64,000 nucleotides of DNA, taken from NCBI RefSeq assembly GCF_006345805.1, contig NC_043001.1:59086001-59150000 (forward strand), given 5' to 3'. The notes under the pieces are model-generated. The model made no database searches. It worked only from the letters and a program-made list of their open reading frames with translations, and had not been told where the DNA came from. Shown piece by piece: positions 24,540 through 39,214 of the stretch. The DNA is from Octopus sinensis. Taxonomy: Eukaryota. Position numbers and translations under genes: made by a program. How positions within the stretch are numbered: position 1 is the first letter of the stretch; the number at the start of each line of letters is the position of its first letter.

Positions 24540-24892
24540 AGGAGTAGCTGAGTGGTAAGAAGATGATATCCCAATCACATGGTTCCGGGATTCCGGGTTC
24601 AATCTCACTTGCGTGGCATCTTGTACGAGTTTCTTTTAGTATAGCCTCAGGCCGACGACAGACTTCTGAGTAGATTTGGTAGACAGAAACTGAAAGAAGC
24701 CCGTCATGTTCCCGTTCCATCGTTGACAACTGATGTTGGTGTGTTCATGTCTTCGTAACTAGCGGTTGGGCAAATGAGACCAAAAGAATAAGTACTTGGG
24801 TTACAAAAAATAATTCGTGGGGTCGATTTGTTCGACTAAAATCGGTGCTTCTGCATGGCTGCAGCAAATAACTGCAACAAGTAAAAAAAAAC
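24540..24892 (+). mobile_element. SINE family A, diverged
   Basis: Same module order with more substitutions. Confidence 0.8.
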
Positions 24893-24909
24893 AATATAAG
24901 TACGTATCC

Positions 24910-24975
<66 letters not shown>

Positions 24976-27863
24976 GTAATATGTGACAATTATTCGGTAG
25001 CCATGATAAAACTCTGAGTTTCGGATGCCGAGGGGGAAATCCACGCCGCCATCTCTTCAGTTATCCGGCCATCGCAAAAATGCTATATATATATATTTGT
25101 GTGCGTGTGTTTGTGTGTGTATATATATATATGTGTGTGTGTGTGCGTATATATATTGTGCATTGTTGTGTTTTACCGGATATTTAAACCAGTTTCAACT
25201 GTAGTTTGTTTTATGCATGTTTCAGAATTTCATGAGTGGTTGTCTTGTCTATGCGCATGTCTATGTATTTTGCTGTAACTATGCCAATGTGATTTTATAC
25301 ATTTCAAAGCGTCTCACTGCAGTGAACGTACAATTTAATTAACACAAAATATATTTATTCGAATGGTTTAAATCTGATAAAGTTTTAATTAAGTGTATAA
25401 ATTCATTTTGGGGAAAGTGATGAGAATTCTATACGGATGACATCGTTATATTATTACTTACTAATGTGAAAATTAGATTTTGAAGTGGGAATTTATTATG
25501 AGTACCATTTTATCTATGTTGATTCTTAAATATAGAAATACTTTAAATGGAGAAGTTGTCATATCATTGTATAGTGATATATTTGGTGAAAAGTCAAGCA
25601 ATTATTTCATTGAAATTGACCATATAATATTATCAATTGAAGTAATGTTTAAATATGAAATGAAAATCCGTTCCATTTCTTACTTCAGATTGTTTCTCTA
25701 TAGATAGTCCGTTATGCTCTTTTAGGCGGTATTCCTTCCTTTGTAACGATGAAACAATTGTGTGTGTTCTTGTTAATAATTTGATATACTGTTTCATAAT
25801 TGAATGACTTTGTAAGGAAAAAAGATCTACCTAGGGTATTTAACTGTGTTTGCAATAATGCTATATTCAAGTGTAAATACATTAAGTCAGTGTTATAGAA
25901 TCATTTTAAGTGAAGAGATAGGCAGGCTAGTAAGATGATACTGGCCATTTCTGATGATTGTTCACAGGCACTTATAGGAACAATTACATTTCTTTGTCCC
26001 ACTGTAGTTCTAAATATACATAACTTGGCCTTTATATATAGATGCATAATGGTTACTGATATAAGTTATGTCGAGTAGGTTTATCCTAAATTTTTCCAGT
26101 AGTTATATTCATGGTAGTGTCAAGCTGGAAAGATTATCTATCGAAATATTTTGTTACCTTTAGTGCAGTGAACTAAACACGCATGATCTTTCTATTGTGC
26201 TTCATTCTGTTGTACTCATCTTGCCTCTAATACTCAGCTGTTTCATTCAACACGCTAGATTCCGATATATAATGTATAGGTATATGTTGAAGAATAATAT
26301 TTGCCAAGGCAGTACTAACAATAATGTGTAGTTTTTAATAGTATTATGTGTGTGTGTGGCGGATACAACACCATGATCACTATAAATTCCACAGCATTTT
26401 GATAGACATGAAAAAGAGGAACATTTATGATTCAATAACAAATATAAAACAAAATACATCAGGAATTGGAACTCAAATTAACCACCGTGGATACAGAAGT
26501 GTTTTAAGAAACTGATGCAATTATTGTAAAAATGGATGCCCTGATGTATTCATCAAAGGAATGTCGGTACCTGTATATAATGAAGCCTTTATAAACAAGG
26601 AATACTAGTGGAATACTAATAAATACAAGAATTTGGTGCAAACATAGCAGACCTGATATTCATGTTTGCGACAGGGAATAAAAGTTATATATATATATAT
26701 ATATATAAAAATATATATATAAATATATCTTTGTATACACACACATATATATGCGTATATATGTATGAGTATTTGTAGAGATGGAAAAGCGTACACACAC
26801 TGACACACGTGAATGCACGCACATAACTGCATCTTTCTATCAATCTATGTATTTTTCTGCATGTGTGTGTCCTTGTATGTGTGCATCTGTGCGTGTGTGT
26901 GTATGTATCTGTGAATGTATTTATGAGAAGTAGCTGTAAGGATAAGAGAGTTAGGCAGGTCAATATACAAAGCATATTAAATAAATGAAATACAAAATTG
27001 TACATATATTTACATACCGAAAGGTCCAACCTTCACCGAATAGAAATGATATCTAGAATTAAAGGGGTGGAAGAAAATTATTAAATGTACAACAGCTGTT
27101 TTGGGGGTATCAGTGGTCAAGGATAACGTTTGTATTTTCATTCTATTGTCTGAAGTTGAAAGATGTATGTGTACATACATGAGTTATGTGTGAGTGTGTG
27201 GGGTGGGGAGTGTACATTTTCTTTCGGATGCTGTGCAACGACTGTGCTGCTTACTTCTATTTTATCTCCATGATCGTAGATTATGCTTAGAAGCAAATAA
27301 ACCAATATTTCAGGAGCTTCTCTATGTATGATGTCAAATATATTCTCAATGTGTTTTGGTAATTATCTTTTAAGTATTTCGACAATTAAATCCAATTATT
27401 ACTTAAGACATCAGCAAATCAAAAGAATCATTAATTAATGCAACAACTAGAAATCCTAATATTAAAAAAAGAATACGTCAAAAACGTTAATCTTTTATCA
27501 TGCTGCCTTCTGAAACGAATTTACAATATTTATGCTAGGCCAATCTCTTTAAGCGCCCCACTCATTGAATGAAGCAAGTATGACAATTCTGTGTATTAGA
27601 AATCTTATGCAATCACGATATTTTAACAGCCAATCCTAATATTTCAACCACTCTCCATATAATATTTTATTACTCATGTTACGTTTTGTTATTTGAGATT
27701 ATGCGTTTGCTTTCGTTACAAAAATTTTATTTTATTTTCATTAATACATCCGAAATCTTAATGGTATTCTACAAATAATCAGATAATATAAAACGTCATC
27801 CATTCTATTTTTGAAAAAAATTTGTACATAGATATACATATACATACAGACATATATATATAT

Positions 27864-27905
<42 letters not shown>

Positions 27906-28432
27906 CACATATCAATATAATTTATATGTATATATATATATATGTATATAAACATATACATATATATGTGTGTGTGTATGTATGTGTGTGGGTGTATGTG
28001 TATGTACATACATACATTCATCTATCCGTCCATCCATACATACAAACAAACATATATAGACATCCTCGTGCACACGCACATTGAATAAACATAAATATAG
28101 CAGTAATATACTAAACAGAAAGTTAGAAAACATTTTGTTTTTATCTTTTAATACGATTTTTACTTCATAAAAGTTTCGTAAATATATGTTTATATTCCGG
28201 TGTATGTGTCTGTTTTGGATGTAGCAGTGTTTAATCTGATTTATGTTGCGTCTGCGTAGGTGTATATATTTTGTATGTAAATGTATAAATATTTATACAT
28301 TCACATAAAATATATTTACATAATTACATACGTATAAATGAATGCATACGCATATAATCATATTTACATGCACACACATACATGCATACACACTCACACA
28401 CACACACACACCACACACACACACACACACAC

Positions 28433-28501
<69 letters not shown>

Positions 28502-28510
28502 ATGAGCGCA

Positions 28511-28795
28511 ATTGTGGCTGGGTGGTAATAAGCTTGTTTCCCAACCACATGTTTCCGGGTACAGTCCCATTGAGAGAGTGCATACATATATTTGTGTGTC
28601 TGTGCTTGTCCTCCATCATCGATTGATAACCGATGTTGGTGTGCTTACGTGCCCGTAATTTAACGGTTCAGCAAAAGAGAACCGATATAATAAGTACTAG
28701 GCTTACAAAGAATAAGTCCTGGGGTCGTTTTTTTCGACCCCAGGTAATGCTCCAACATGGCCGCAGTTAAATGACTGAAACAGGTAAAAGAATAA
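28511..28795 (+). mobile_element. SINE family A, internally deleted
   Basis: Head joined directly to the 3' half. Confidence 0.8.
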
Positions 28796-28796
28796 G

Positions 28797-28904
<108 letters not shown>

Positions 28905-28925
28905 TGGTATATATGTATGTATATA

Positions 28926-29000
28926 TGATGGGGTGCTGAAAAGTTCCTGACGTTGAATAAAAGAAAATACAAGGTCTATCAGTTATGATTTTATAAATAG
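28926..29000 (+). mobile_element. Isolated mariner-like terminal repeat
   Basis: TA|TGATGGGGTGCTGAAAAGTTCCTG resembles mariner ends; no partner end found. Confidence 0.35.
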
Positions 29001-29001
29001 G

Positions 29002-29239
<238 letters not shown>

Positions 29240-29327
29240 TCATAATGCGGGTGGTCACCCCATCACCACTTCTTAGAGGAACCTAGCTACTGTATTTATT
29301 CCAATAAACGAAAGAATATCAATCATA

Positions 29328-30038
29328 CGAGAGGCGTTCATTGAAGTTTCCCCCTGATCCACCTCAGTTTATTGGAAGAAACGGAAATTGTACTGATATA
29401 ATAATACATGTCGCTATATGTCAAATTGTAAATTGCAGCTTTCCACTAGTATTCACCTATCTTTTAGGGCTACTGAAGTGGACTAATGTATAGACCAGAT
29501 CCTTATACTTGAAAGGTTGTACACCAAAAGAGACTTTTCAACGAGATGAAAGAAATTTATGGTAACGATGCACCATCATATGATGTAGTCATGCACAATC
29601 GTCACCAGTTCAAATATGGTCGGAGAGCAGTAGAAACTGCTTCTATTTCTGCACGACCACATTCCGACATTAATGGAAGCCACCATTTTGGAAGCTCGGC
29701 GCATAACTGTTCGGCAACAAGTACAAGAAATGAAGTGCCCATGTGGGCGTTGTCTGCACGATAGATTCCTCGGATGTTAACATGTCTTCAAAAGCAGGAA
29801 CGAGTCAATTGCTTCTAGGCTCTTTTGACAATGTAGCAAGAAAACGAAGAAGACACAGGATAAAACATGTGTCCATCACTTTGATCCTGAAACTAAAGTC
29901 CAGTAGAAGCAATGGAAACATGATAACTCAGCACCCCCAAAGAAGTCTCATGTCAAACCCTAAGCAGGCAAGATGATGCTCATAGTATTTTGGGACCAGC
30001 GCGGATTAATGATGATGGATTTTCTAGCAACGGGACCC
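29328..30038 (+). pseudogene. 5' two-thirds of a mariner element
   Basis: TA|CGAGAGGCGTTCATTGAAGTTTCC end; LYLKGCTPKETFNEMKEIYGNDAPSYDVV; LSAR*IPRMLT; DKTCVHHFDPETKVQ*KQWKH (GDETWVHHYDPE motif); AGKMMLIVFWDQRG. Confidence 0.85.
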
Positions 30039-31599
30039 ACAAAGTCCGTATTCTTCAGCACCACTCGGATCTGAGGTCCGAAGATTCCCTCCTTAAGCTT
30101 AGCAGGACTCAGAGCTGGGAATAGAGTGCGCAAGTGTTCGAAGGCAACGCCATTTTTGTCCATGTCCTTCACGAAATTCTTCCTTAAATCAAACTTGATA
30201 TAAAGTGGAGTAAGAAGCACCTTCTTCATGTCCACCAGACGCTTTCCTTGGACACTGTGTTCACTAGGAACGAAAGTGCTCCTAGATCTCTAGTCCTTCT
30301 GCTTGTAGTGCTTGGGCATAGTCCGGCTGTCCCAGAGACAGAAGAAGCAACAGTACCTATAAGGAGCCCAGTGACCTTCAGTTCCCCTCAGAGATTCCAC
30401 TAGTGCTGGTTGTACTTGACAGTTTCCAAAAGGAGCTCCATATTGTCATACGGCGCCTTCAGATGGATTGAGTAGTCAATGGGAATGCTAGGGTATTTAT
30501 TCCCATTCTGTAGGAGTACAGCCTGCAGACTTAGCTTGGAAGATTCTATGAAAAGACGCCATTCTGAGAGATTGTGTGGGAAAGGTAAACAACCAGTGAC
30601 ATTTGTGTAGTAGCACAACCTATTTGTTTTCCATGTCGAAGAATGAAGCAAACTCCTGGTTCCGTGTCCTTACATCTACCTTGACCAGGTTCCACTGCTT
30701 CAGCCGGAATACCAGGAGCTCTGACTGTTTCTTAAATAGATACAAATCATGGACAAGGTCATTCAGGTCTTCCTGGTTATTCAGGCCAATTCTGGTCATT
30801 CAGGTCATTCAGGTTTTCCTGCATGATCCAGTGGGGCTCATCGCCACTTGTTCCTGAATAAACAGAGACATTGTCTTCAGAAGATACCGATTGGCAGAAT
30901 CTTCCCCTGTAGGCATTTCTCCTTCTGATGAAGGAATAAGATCCTTATTTGCTGGGGTTGTAGGGACAGGGAGATCATCTGAGTAGGGAACAGGTCACAT
31001 AGCTGAGGTAAATTTGGGATATTTGAACTTTTTTTCTGGAAGAAGCATTGAAACCTGATATATTTGTTAGACAAAAATAACAATCATCTGCATGACCTCT
31101 TTGCTCTTTCCAGACCATCGAGACATCAAAGTTAAAGGCTGCTTTTTTTGCTGTTAAACCATGAAGTTAGTCCACTGTAGCAGGATTTACAAAAGATGTC
31201 TGGGGCCCAGGATTTGTCCTGATCTCCAATTTTACAGTGGAAATAATGAAAGTAAACAGTTCTCAGGAGGGAAGTAATTGTTCGACATTGTGCAACTGTC
31301 GTGAAATCTCCCTACACGTAGCAGAATGAATTTGCCTTGTTGATGCATCTTCGGTATTTTGAAGTGCCTGAAACCATTGTAGAGATACGTATATGTATCA
31401 CAAAGATTCGGAAAACAAAATAAGAACTGATCATATATGGTTACGTGAATTGTCACAAAATCATAATAATATATATCTCAAAAACTAGAGGCGATGAGTG
31501 AAAACTGGTTTTGTATCTGAAATCAGCACCTCAAAAGTGTTGTTCTAACCGTTAGAACAACACTTTTTATGTTTGCTGCACTTTCTCAGTAAACTAGTG
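30038..31599 (-). pseudogene. Chapaev3-like (CMC superfamily) transposon, 3'-truncated
   Basis: 5' end CACTAG; MVWKEQRGHADDCYFCLTNISGF; EWRLFIESSKLSLQAVLLQNGNKYPSIP; LLTPLYIKFDLRKNFVKDMDK..AKLKEGIFGPQIR. Confidence 0.78.
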
Positions 31600-32048
31600 T
31601 TATTGGTAAAAAAAAAAGTAGCAATACTTTGCCTCAAAATATCATTGCATATATTCCCTTTTTTACAGCAGAGTTCACACACATTCATGTAGATTTCCAT
31701 AAGTGTCCAATGCGAGAAGAATCTTTAATATTTAATGGGTGTTTCAATTGCCTGGGTGTTTCAATTGTAATCTCTATAAGAATATGGATGAGAAATCTTT
31801 ACGAAAGCAGATATTAATCTGCTTTGAATCACTACGTGTAGACGGAGCTGCTCTTCTGTCACAGATGTATTTTACACATCACTTCTTTCATTTATACTTG
31901 TTCCATAAATTAAAAACTACATTTTCCCAGTTCCGATTCAAGGGAAATATGGCAGATATTTCTAACTCTAATAAATTTATCAGTCTAACAGTTTCTGAAC
32001 GGGCCGTTTCTCTTGACCAACAAATAAAGGGATCTGCTGCACAGCAAT

Positions 32049-32051
<3 letters not shown>

Positions 32052-32125
<74 letters not shown>

Positions 32126-32144
32126 CTCTCTCTCTCTCTCTCTA

Positions 32145-32184
<40 letters not shown>

Positions 32185-32205
32185 GCCCACACACACACAC
32201 ACACA
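32052..32205. repeat. (CT)n / (CA)n microsatellite
   Basis: Direct reading. Confidence 0.95.
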
Positions 32206-32749
32206 GTCTCTCTCTTTTTTCTCTCCTTCCCCTCTCACTACTTACCTTGCGTGAAGGCTTCTCAGGGAAAAGTGTGTATTCAGAAGTGTCATATCTACCT
32301 AAAGAATATTTCCAGCGTTGTAATTTAACATTCCTTCAAATTTATACTCTTTCAGCATATTTTCGTTAAATTTCCTTTAAATTTGTAAGCGAATAAGTTG
32401 TGGAAAAATCCTACCTCGAATACATATGGATAATTGAATTTTCCGTTTATGCATTCTATTCAAGGATTTTCATAATTATATTTATCATATTTACCATAAC
32501 AAATTTCAAATGATATATCACACCCGTATAACATATAAAATTTTTATCGTTATTGATTTTCTGCAATTGTTTTTATTCTAAATTTACTCCACATTTACAC
32601 AAAATTTAATCTGCAACAGCACATATAGCGACATAAAGAACAATGTTAAAATGTACCAACAAGAACGACAATACAAAGACAACGAAATACAAAAATATCA
32701 ATGTCATGATAGCTTTTTTTCTTTTCACTTTATTAGGTTCCGTTTTAGT

Positions 32750-32856
32750 ATCATTATTATTGTTGTTGTTGTTGTTCCTGTCGTCATTGTTCTTGTTCTT
32801 GTTATTATTATCATCATCATCATAATCATCGATGTCGTCACCATCATCACCAACAC

Positions 32857-32914
<58 letters not shown>

Positions 32915-32940
32915 GTCATTGCTGTGTTATTGTTATCATC
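32750..32940. repeat. (CAT)n / (TTG)n compound microsatellite
   Basis: Direct reading. Confidence 0.9.
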
Positions 32941-35900
32941 AAATACAGTAGTTGTCACATAAGGAAGAATAATTACTATCTTTATTATCATTGGCATTGC
33001 TATCTTTATAATATCATCATCAACATCACTATAATTCCCTTCATTTCTTTCGAAGTTTCCTTTTATTTTCTTACGGCTAATGAAATTTATAAGACGAGGC
33101 ATTTTACATTATTGATTATAACATTTTAAATCAGAAACGAGTGAGAAAATTTTCTAAATATCAAAAACAATGAAAGAAATTAAACGTATTACCGCTTCTT
33201 AAAATCTACGCATTTTTACTCACACACACGGTCAATCATTTTTACTGTTCTACACACGGACAAACGCACACATTTTCATAGACGCCCAAACAATACATAG
33301 TCACTTATACACACTGCCACTTAAAAGTATGCATAGAGAGATAAAAATTAAATAAATAATGATTTTGCTAATAAAAAATAAATTTACAATAAACTAAAAG
33401 TCTTGGAATAATTCGCTAATAAATAAAAGATTTATAAAGAAAACATTGAAAAGATTGCAAATAACCATCAATAAAATGAACTACACTACCAACAACAGCA
33501 CTCAAAAACTACGAACAATATCACTAGATTCGGAATGAAATCTACAGCAATATCAAATGGGAAAAATCCATCTCCCACTTCAAAAGTTACTAACATGGTA
33601 AAGAAGTGACACATATGAAAGCTATCCAAAAGCAAAGAAACATGATCTCTAAAAGTTAACAATATAAATGATAATTTTTTTTTGTATGCAGAACCCAAAG
33701 CATTGCCACATCACTACTCTAAAGGAAAATGTCTAATAAAAATGGAAATTAACAAGAAACACAATGACACCCTTTATGTTTCAATGAATGTACCTGCTAA
33801 TTACCTTGTCCATGTTTTAGATTTTAGACATGAATTCAATATTCTGTTCTTATTATGGATATTAGTATGTATGCCTAAAATAAAGTAAATCATATTTCAT
33901 TAACTAATGAAGATTTAAGTACTATCGATCACCTACTATATGTCCTTTCGTCACTCATATTACTTTGCAAGTCCATAACTTTACGAAATGTTATGTTATT
34001 GAGTTTAGTTTAAACATCAACACTGATCCAGCAATTCAGTAATTATAAGTCTTCTATCCAAGATTATATTAACTCTTTATTATCTAAGTCTACATTACTC
34101 AAAGTCTCATTTTTTTCTTAGACAAAATGTGGTTGAACCAGATCTTGCGAGTATTTCAAGCATGTCGACTAAGTTCCTTAATTTTCAACAATTGAATCAG
34201 TTATAGGAAGATATTATTACCAAAAGGATACATTACATATAACAAACAATCAGACCGGCGCTTTATATTCGTTAAACGTTAATATTAGTGGCTTTTATTT
34301 CATTTAAACGATTCTAATTAGAAAACCTAATCATTCATAATGTCTTTTTTTTTTATTCTACCGATCAACTGTAATAAAGAATTGCATTTTCCAGTTATTG
34401 CCACTTAAGAGATATCTCAAACAATTTTATACGAAAAGTCGTCATTGGGAAAAAGTAGTATTACAAAAATGGAAAATAAGATACTTTCTCAGATCAGATC
34501 CTCAAACTATCAACTCAATAATATTTCAAATAAAGGGCAATATTTTAAATACCCACCAAATAGACATTGGAGCGTCAACGTACGTAAGAAATATCAAAAT
34601 TAATTAGCCAGGCTGCGAAGGGACACTTACATGATTCTGTATGTATCACAAAGGCCAATCCAATCTACAAAAATCATATTCAACTGCTTAAAGATTAAAA
34701 ACATTGATAGATGCATAAGAAAAACACATAACCATAGATATAGCTGTATTTCTTAACGTCAGCCTTCATTACTGCGATTGCAGACTAACCTAGCAAATAA
34801 TATTAGCATCTCATATAACTGCAATATTATTTTGTATCACGAGGCATTTGAAATCGATGGTAACAGTGATTTTTAAATTGCAAATCGCTTATTTTCTCTT
34901 TTGACGTGAAATAATGAGGATTTTCAAATTGTAACTTTTAAAATTCTAGTGTCGTAATTATTTCAGATATTCCAAGTGAAAATTTTCTTCGAAAATTTGT
35001 ATAGCATATATTGTATCATATGTTCCAGTTTAAAAAATATATTCGACAAAAAAAGTCGAAAATTCCATATTCCAAATTTGTAAATATCCAAGTTCCTGTT
35101 ATATTTTCGCGCCAGTACTACCAATCAAAATTTAAAGTGAAGTATAAGAGTAAAAAGAATATTATTAAAAACAACAAACTTTGTAGCAGCTTAATTAATA
35201 AGTAAATGTGTATACAAATACAAATACACTAATCTAATTATGTTACTACACATACTCAAATGTGGTGCCTGTGTATGATTGCCTGGGATTCGTGAACGGG
35301 AAGCTGCTTCTTGAAAGCTATTTTACAAACAATGGAGCATTGTTTAGATTTCTTCGTTATTGTGTAGCATTGTCTAATTGATGAAACAGTATATTGTTTA
35401 TGTTGTTTAGATGCAGGTCAGTCGTGATGCACTAAACAATGTTCAAATTATCTAACGTTCACCATTCTCTGTTTATTTTGATACGTTTTATAAAACAGTC
35501 GGATTACGTTGGAGAAAAACTTGTCTATTATTTCTAGAAGGATGATTGGTGGCGTAGTAGCTTCATACTATGTTTGTAAATAACGAATATAGAGTTTTAC
35601 TTTAGGTACTAATTCTCGAAGCTATAGAGTTTCACTTTAGGTACTATTTCTAGAAGGTCGTCACTCCTCCAGCAACTGGAGACATCCTCCTTAACGATTT
35701 GGAAATATACAATTCGTGAAGTTTCATTTTGAGATGTACTATCTGCATTGTATATGTAATTAAAGATGTGAAATCAGATATCATTAAGATCTAGCAGTAA
35801 ATTTATCAGCTTGTATTTCCATGTAGATTGTGATTGTGTTAATGACTCCCTTGTATAAAAGTTCCGAAAATATAATCTGTGCATTTGTGATTTGTTACAT

Positions 35901-36204
35901 TGTGCGTTTATGCTAACTATAACACAGCAAATACCTCCAAAGATCTGTCTTTGTTAGACATTGCTTCCTGCCACTTTTTAAAGTACTCCTAAGATCGCTT
36001 TCGATAACCACCTTATATGTTTCTTTTTATTTCATTTTCTACAGTATTTAATATTTACTACTGACACGGTAATGTTAACTATGGTAATTGCTGGGATAAT
36101 ATCTTGTTTGATGAATGCAAGTAGCATCTTTAATCTAATATTTTAGAGAGAAACAAATGCGTGTGAGATTTTATGATTGATTCAAATCTAGATGCTGATT
36201 TTGA

Positions 36205-36530
36205 TCCCAGTAACTGGCACTCAGTCGGTTACGACGACAAGGATACTAGTTGGTTGTGAAATTAACATGCAAGCGGCTAAGACCCGTACACTACCACCAC
36301 AGCGCGCATACCCTTAACGTTGTTCTTAGAATGACTCAGCGTAGCACAATATATGACAAAGATGACCCTATGAAATGCAGGTACTACTCATTTTTGCCAG
36401 CTGAGTGAACTGGAGTAACGTGGAATAATGTGTCTTGCTCAAGGGACACAAAGCACCACCGAGATTCGAATTCAGGACCTTACAATCGTGAGTCGAACAC
36501 TCTAGCCACTAAGCTACGCACCTTCACTTG
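36205..36530 (-). mobile_element. tRNA-derived SINE, family C
   Basis: Minus strand: GCGTAGCTTAGTGGCTAGAGTGTTCGAC (A-box) ... GAATTCGAATCTC (B-box) ... TTGAGCAAGACAC ... CACTCAGCTGGCAAAAATGAGTAG. Confidence 0.7.
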
Positions 36531-37032
36531 ATCCCAAGGGTATGTGTAATAATTGCGTGTCAGACATATTGTTGTTGTCTTCATCACCATCATTGGTATC
36601 ATTGATGTTGTCGTTCTTGCCGTCACCATCGCCGTTGCTACCATCATCTACAATACCCTTATAATAGCATCTATTACGATGATGATCATTATGCTCATTG
36701 ATATCAGTATTAATACCGGAGTAGCAACACAGTCAACTGAACATCTACAAATGTAAAATTCCCCCCTCTTCCTCTTGAAATTTAACATGCATCACCATTA
36801 ACAATTCTATTCAAAATGTTCCCACGTTTGAAGAGTTGTGATTATTCTTCAAATGGATGAGATTTCACATCTCATCTTTCAGAAATGCTTCGCTTCGTAC
36901 AATCTTTGATTTAGTTTAATTCATTTATTCCTTACTATGTCATGAATGAAATGGCGCTATACATATTTATCTATGAAAAAACTTTTAAAATTCTATACTG
37001 AGTAATCAAAATATATATAAATAAATAAATAA

Positions 37033-37110
<78 letters not shown>

Positions 37111-37141
37111 TATCATTATTATTATTATTATTATTATTATT

Positions 37142-37667
37142 GAGTGAGAGAGCAGTTCATGCTATCAAAGTGACACTGGGGTAAAATATACGAAGCCCAA
37201 TATACCCATCATGACTATCCGTCTGATAAAGGTACACCAGGCACATGCATCACAACCATATGTGCGCGACATGGTGATCTCATATCAAGATAAACAGCAC
37301 ATAACCTTGCAGGTGGGGCCCAGTTAGAATTTTCTTCAAGTTGAGTAGCCCATCCCGCTCAAACGGTCCCTGAATAAGGGTTGTTTAAGGATGTTGAAAG
37401 AACCACCCATGTTTCAAACCCCAAAGAATCCCTCTCAACACATGGCTATGATGCTCCCCCACTACTTCTGCTCGTGATCAGAGATGCACATATCGTCAGC
37501 CACTGAGGGACATGTTCAACTGGTTAAGGTCAAACAACTGACAAGCAAATCTGTGGTATTGAGCAGAATATTTGCTGTAGCCCATCTTTTATACCAAGAC
37601 AAAACAATGTACATGATAACACTTCCAATCAGTTAAGATCAGAAGCCATGAGAGCCACTGCCTGGTA
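37142..37667 (+). mobile_element. ~525 bp non-autonomous retroposon-like element, copy 2, embedded in (TTA)n
   Basis: Begins GAGTGAGAGAGCAGTTCATGC immediately after (TTA)n, ends ...CCACTGCCTGGTA and is followed by (TAT)n. Confidence 0.82.
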
Positions 37668-37687
37668 TATTATTATTATTATTATTA

Positions 37688-37740
<53 letters not shown>

Positions 37741-38793
37741 ATTATTATTATTATATTTAAAATGTTTGTATATACACGCGACTATTTCGTTGTTGTCTCA
37801 ATTTATAGCATGGAGCCATTGAAACTGATAAAATTAAGCAATCATATAGAATATTGCGGGGGAAAATATTCTTACCCAAAAACTTCCAATAAACTGCCAA
37901 ATAATTTCTGCATACACATATATGTTGACTTGGTTAGACCTTGTACTGCTTTACCATAGGCTACCATGAAGTATGCTTCATTGCAATATAGCGAAAAAGT
38001 AACCAATGAAACAGAAAATAAAATAGATAGATACAACAGCTGCACACTTACAGAATATTTAAAGAATCTCGAAATAATTAATACAACTTTTTTAGGTTCT
38101 TTGATATATTTCTGGGTGAAAACGTGTGAAGAACACTGAAATAATTGTACGTCTTCGTTTCTCTTTTCCCTTGTATTCATTTTAATTTTTCTCTGTACTC
38201 AACTATAACAAGGTGTTTAATGAATGTTTATATTGATGTATGACGCGAGTACTTTTGTCAGAAATTATTCTTATAGATCCAAAACTCGAGTTATTTCGCG
38301 TTGCATACATAATATCCTAATTTTGACGTCTAAATAGAAGTTTGACCTGAGGATAAATAATATTGATTCAGATCGTCTTAAACATCATCGGAGATTTTCA
38401 GCTTGTGAAGCAGAGTTAATCCTACATGCAGCTTGCAAACATGTCTCGAGGCTCGGAAGCGCAGCTTGGATTTCACAACTAAAGAGTGGTCTTCTGCGTG
38501 CATAATCCGTTGGATTAAGAACGACAAGAGTAACTATTAATTGATTCTTTAAAAATGAAAAATAAAACAGAATAAAATTGAGAAATTGATAAAATGAAAA
38601 GCAAAAATGACCGAATGTGTTGCTCGTTTTACTGTAAGGCTGAATACGATGCATACAGCAACATATTTTTCGCTTCCTTGTGTGTCAAATTCTTTATATG
38701 TGTAGTTGGGTGGGTTTTATTACAATATTAATTGACAAAATAGGCTTTTTGTATCGTTTTAGAATGAAAGGGAAGGTTTTCTTTCGACATAGT

Positions 38794-39214
38794 TACTCTT
38801 TACTCTCTCTTTTACTCTTTTACTTGTTTCAGTCATTTGACTGCGGCCATGCTGGAGCACCACCTTTTAGTCGAGCAAATCGACCCCGGGACTTATTCTT
38901 TCTAAGCCCAGTACTTATTCTATCGGTCTCTTTTGCCGAACCGCTAAGTGACAGGGATGTAAACACACCAGCATCGGTTGTCAAACAATGCTAGGGGGAC
39001 AAACACAGACACACAAACATACACATACATATATATATATATACATATATACGACAGGCTTCTTTCAGTTTCCGTCTACCAAATCCACTCACAAGGCATT
39101 GGTCGGCCCGGGGCTATAGCAGAAGACACTTGCCCAAGATGCCACGCAGTGGGACTGAACCCGGAACCATGCGGTTGGTTAGCAAGCTACTTACCACACA
39201 GCCACTCCTACGCC
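38794..39214 (-). mobile_element. Full-length SINE family A
   Basis: Complete head, internal microsatellite, 3' half and AGTAAAAG tail; serves as the empty-site reference for the Tx1-like insertions. Confidence 0.93.

Noticed and set aside
35590-35657. 35 bp tandem duplication
   Set aside because: Ordinary slippage duplication with no associated structure.
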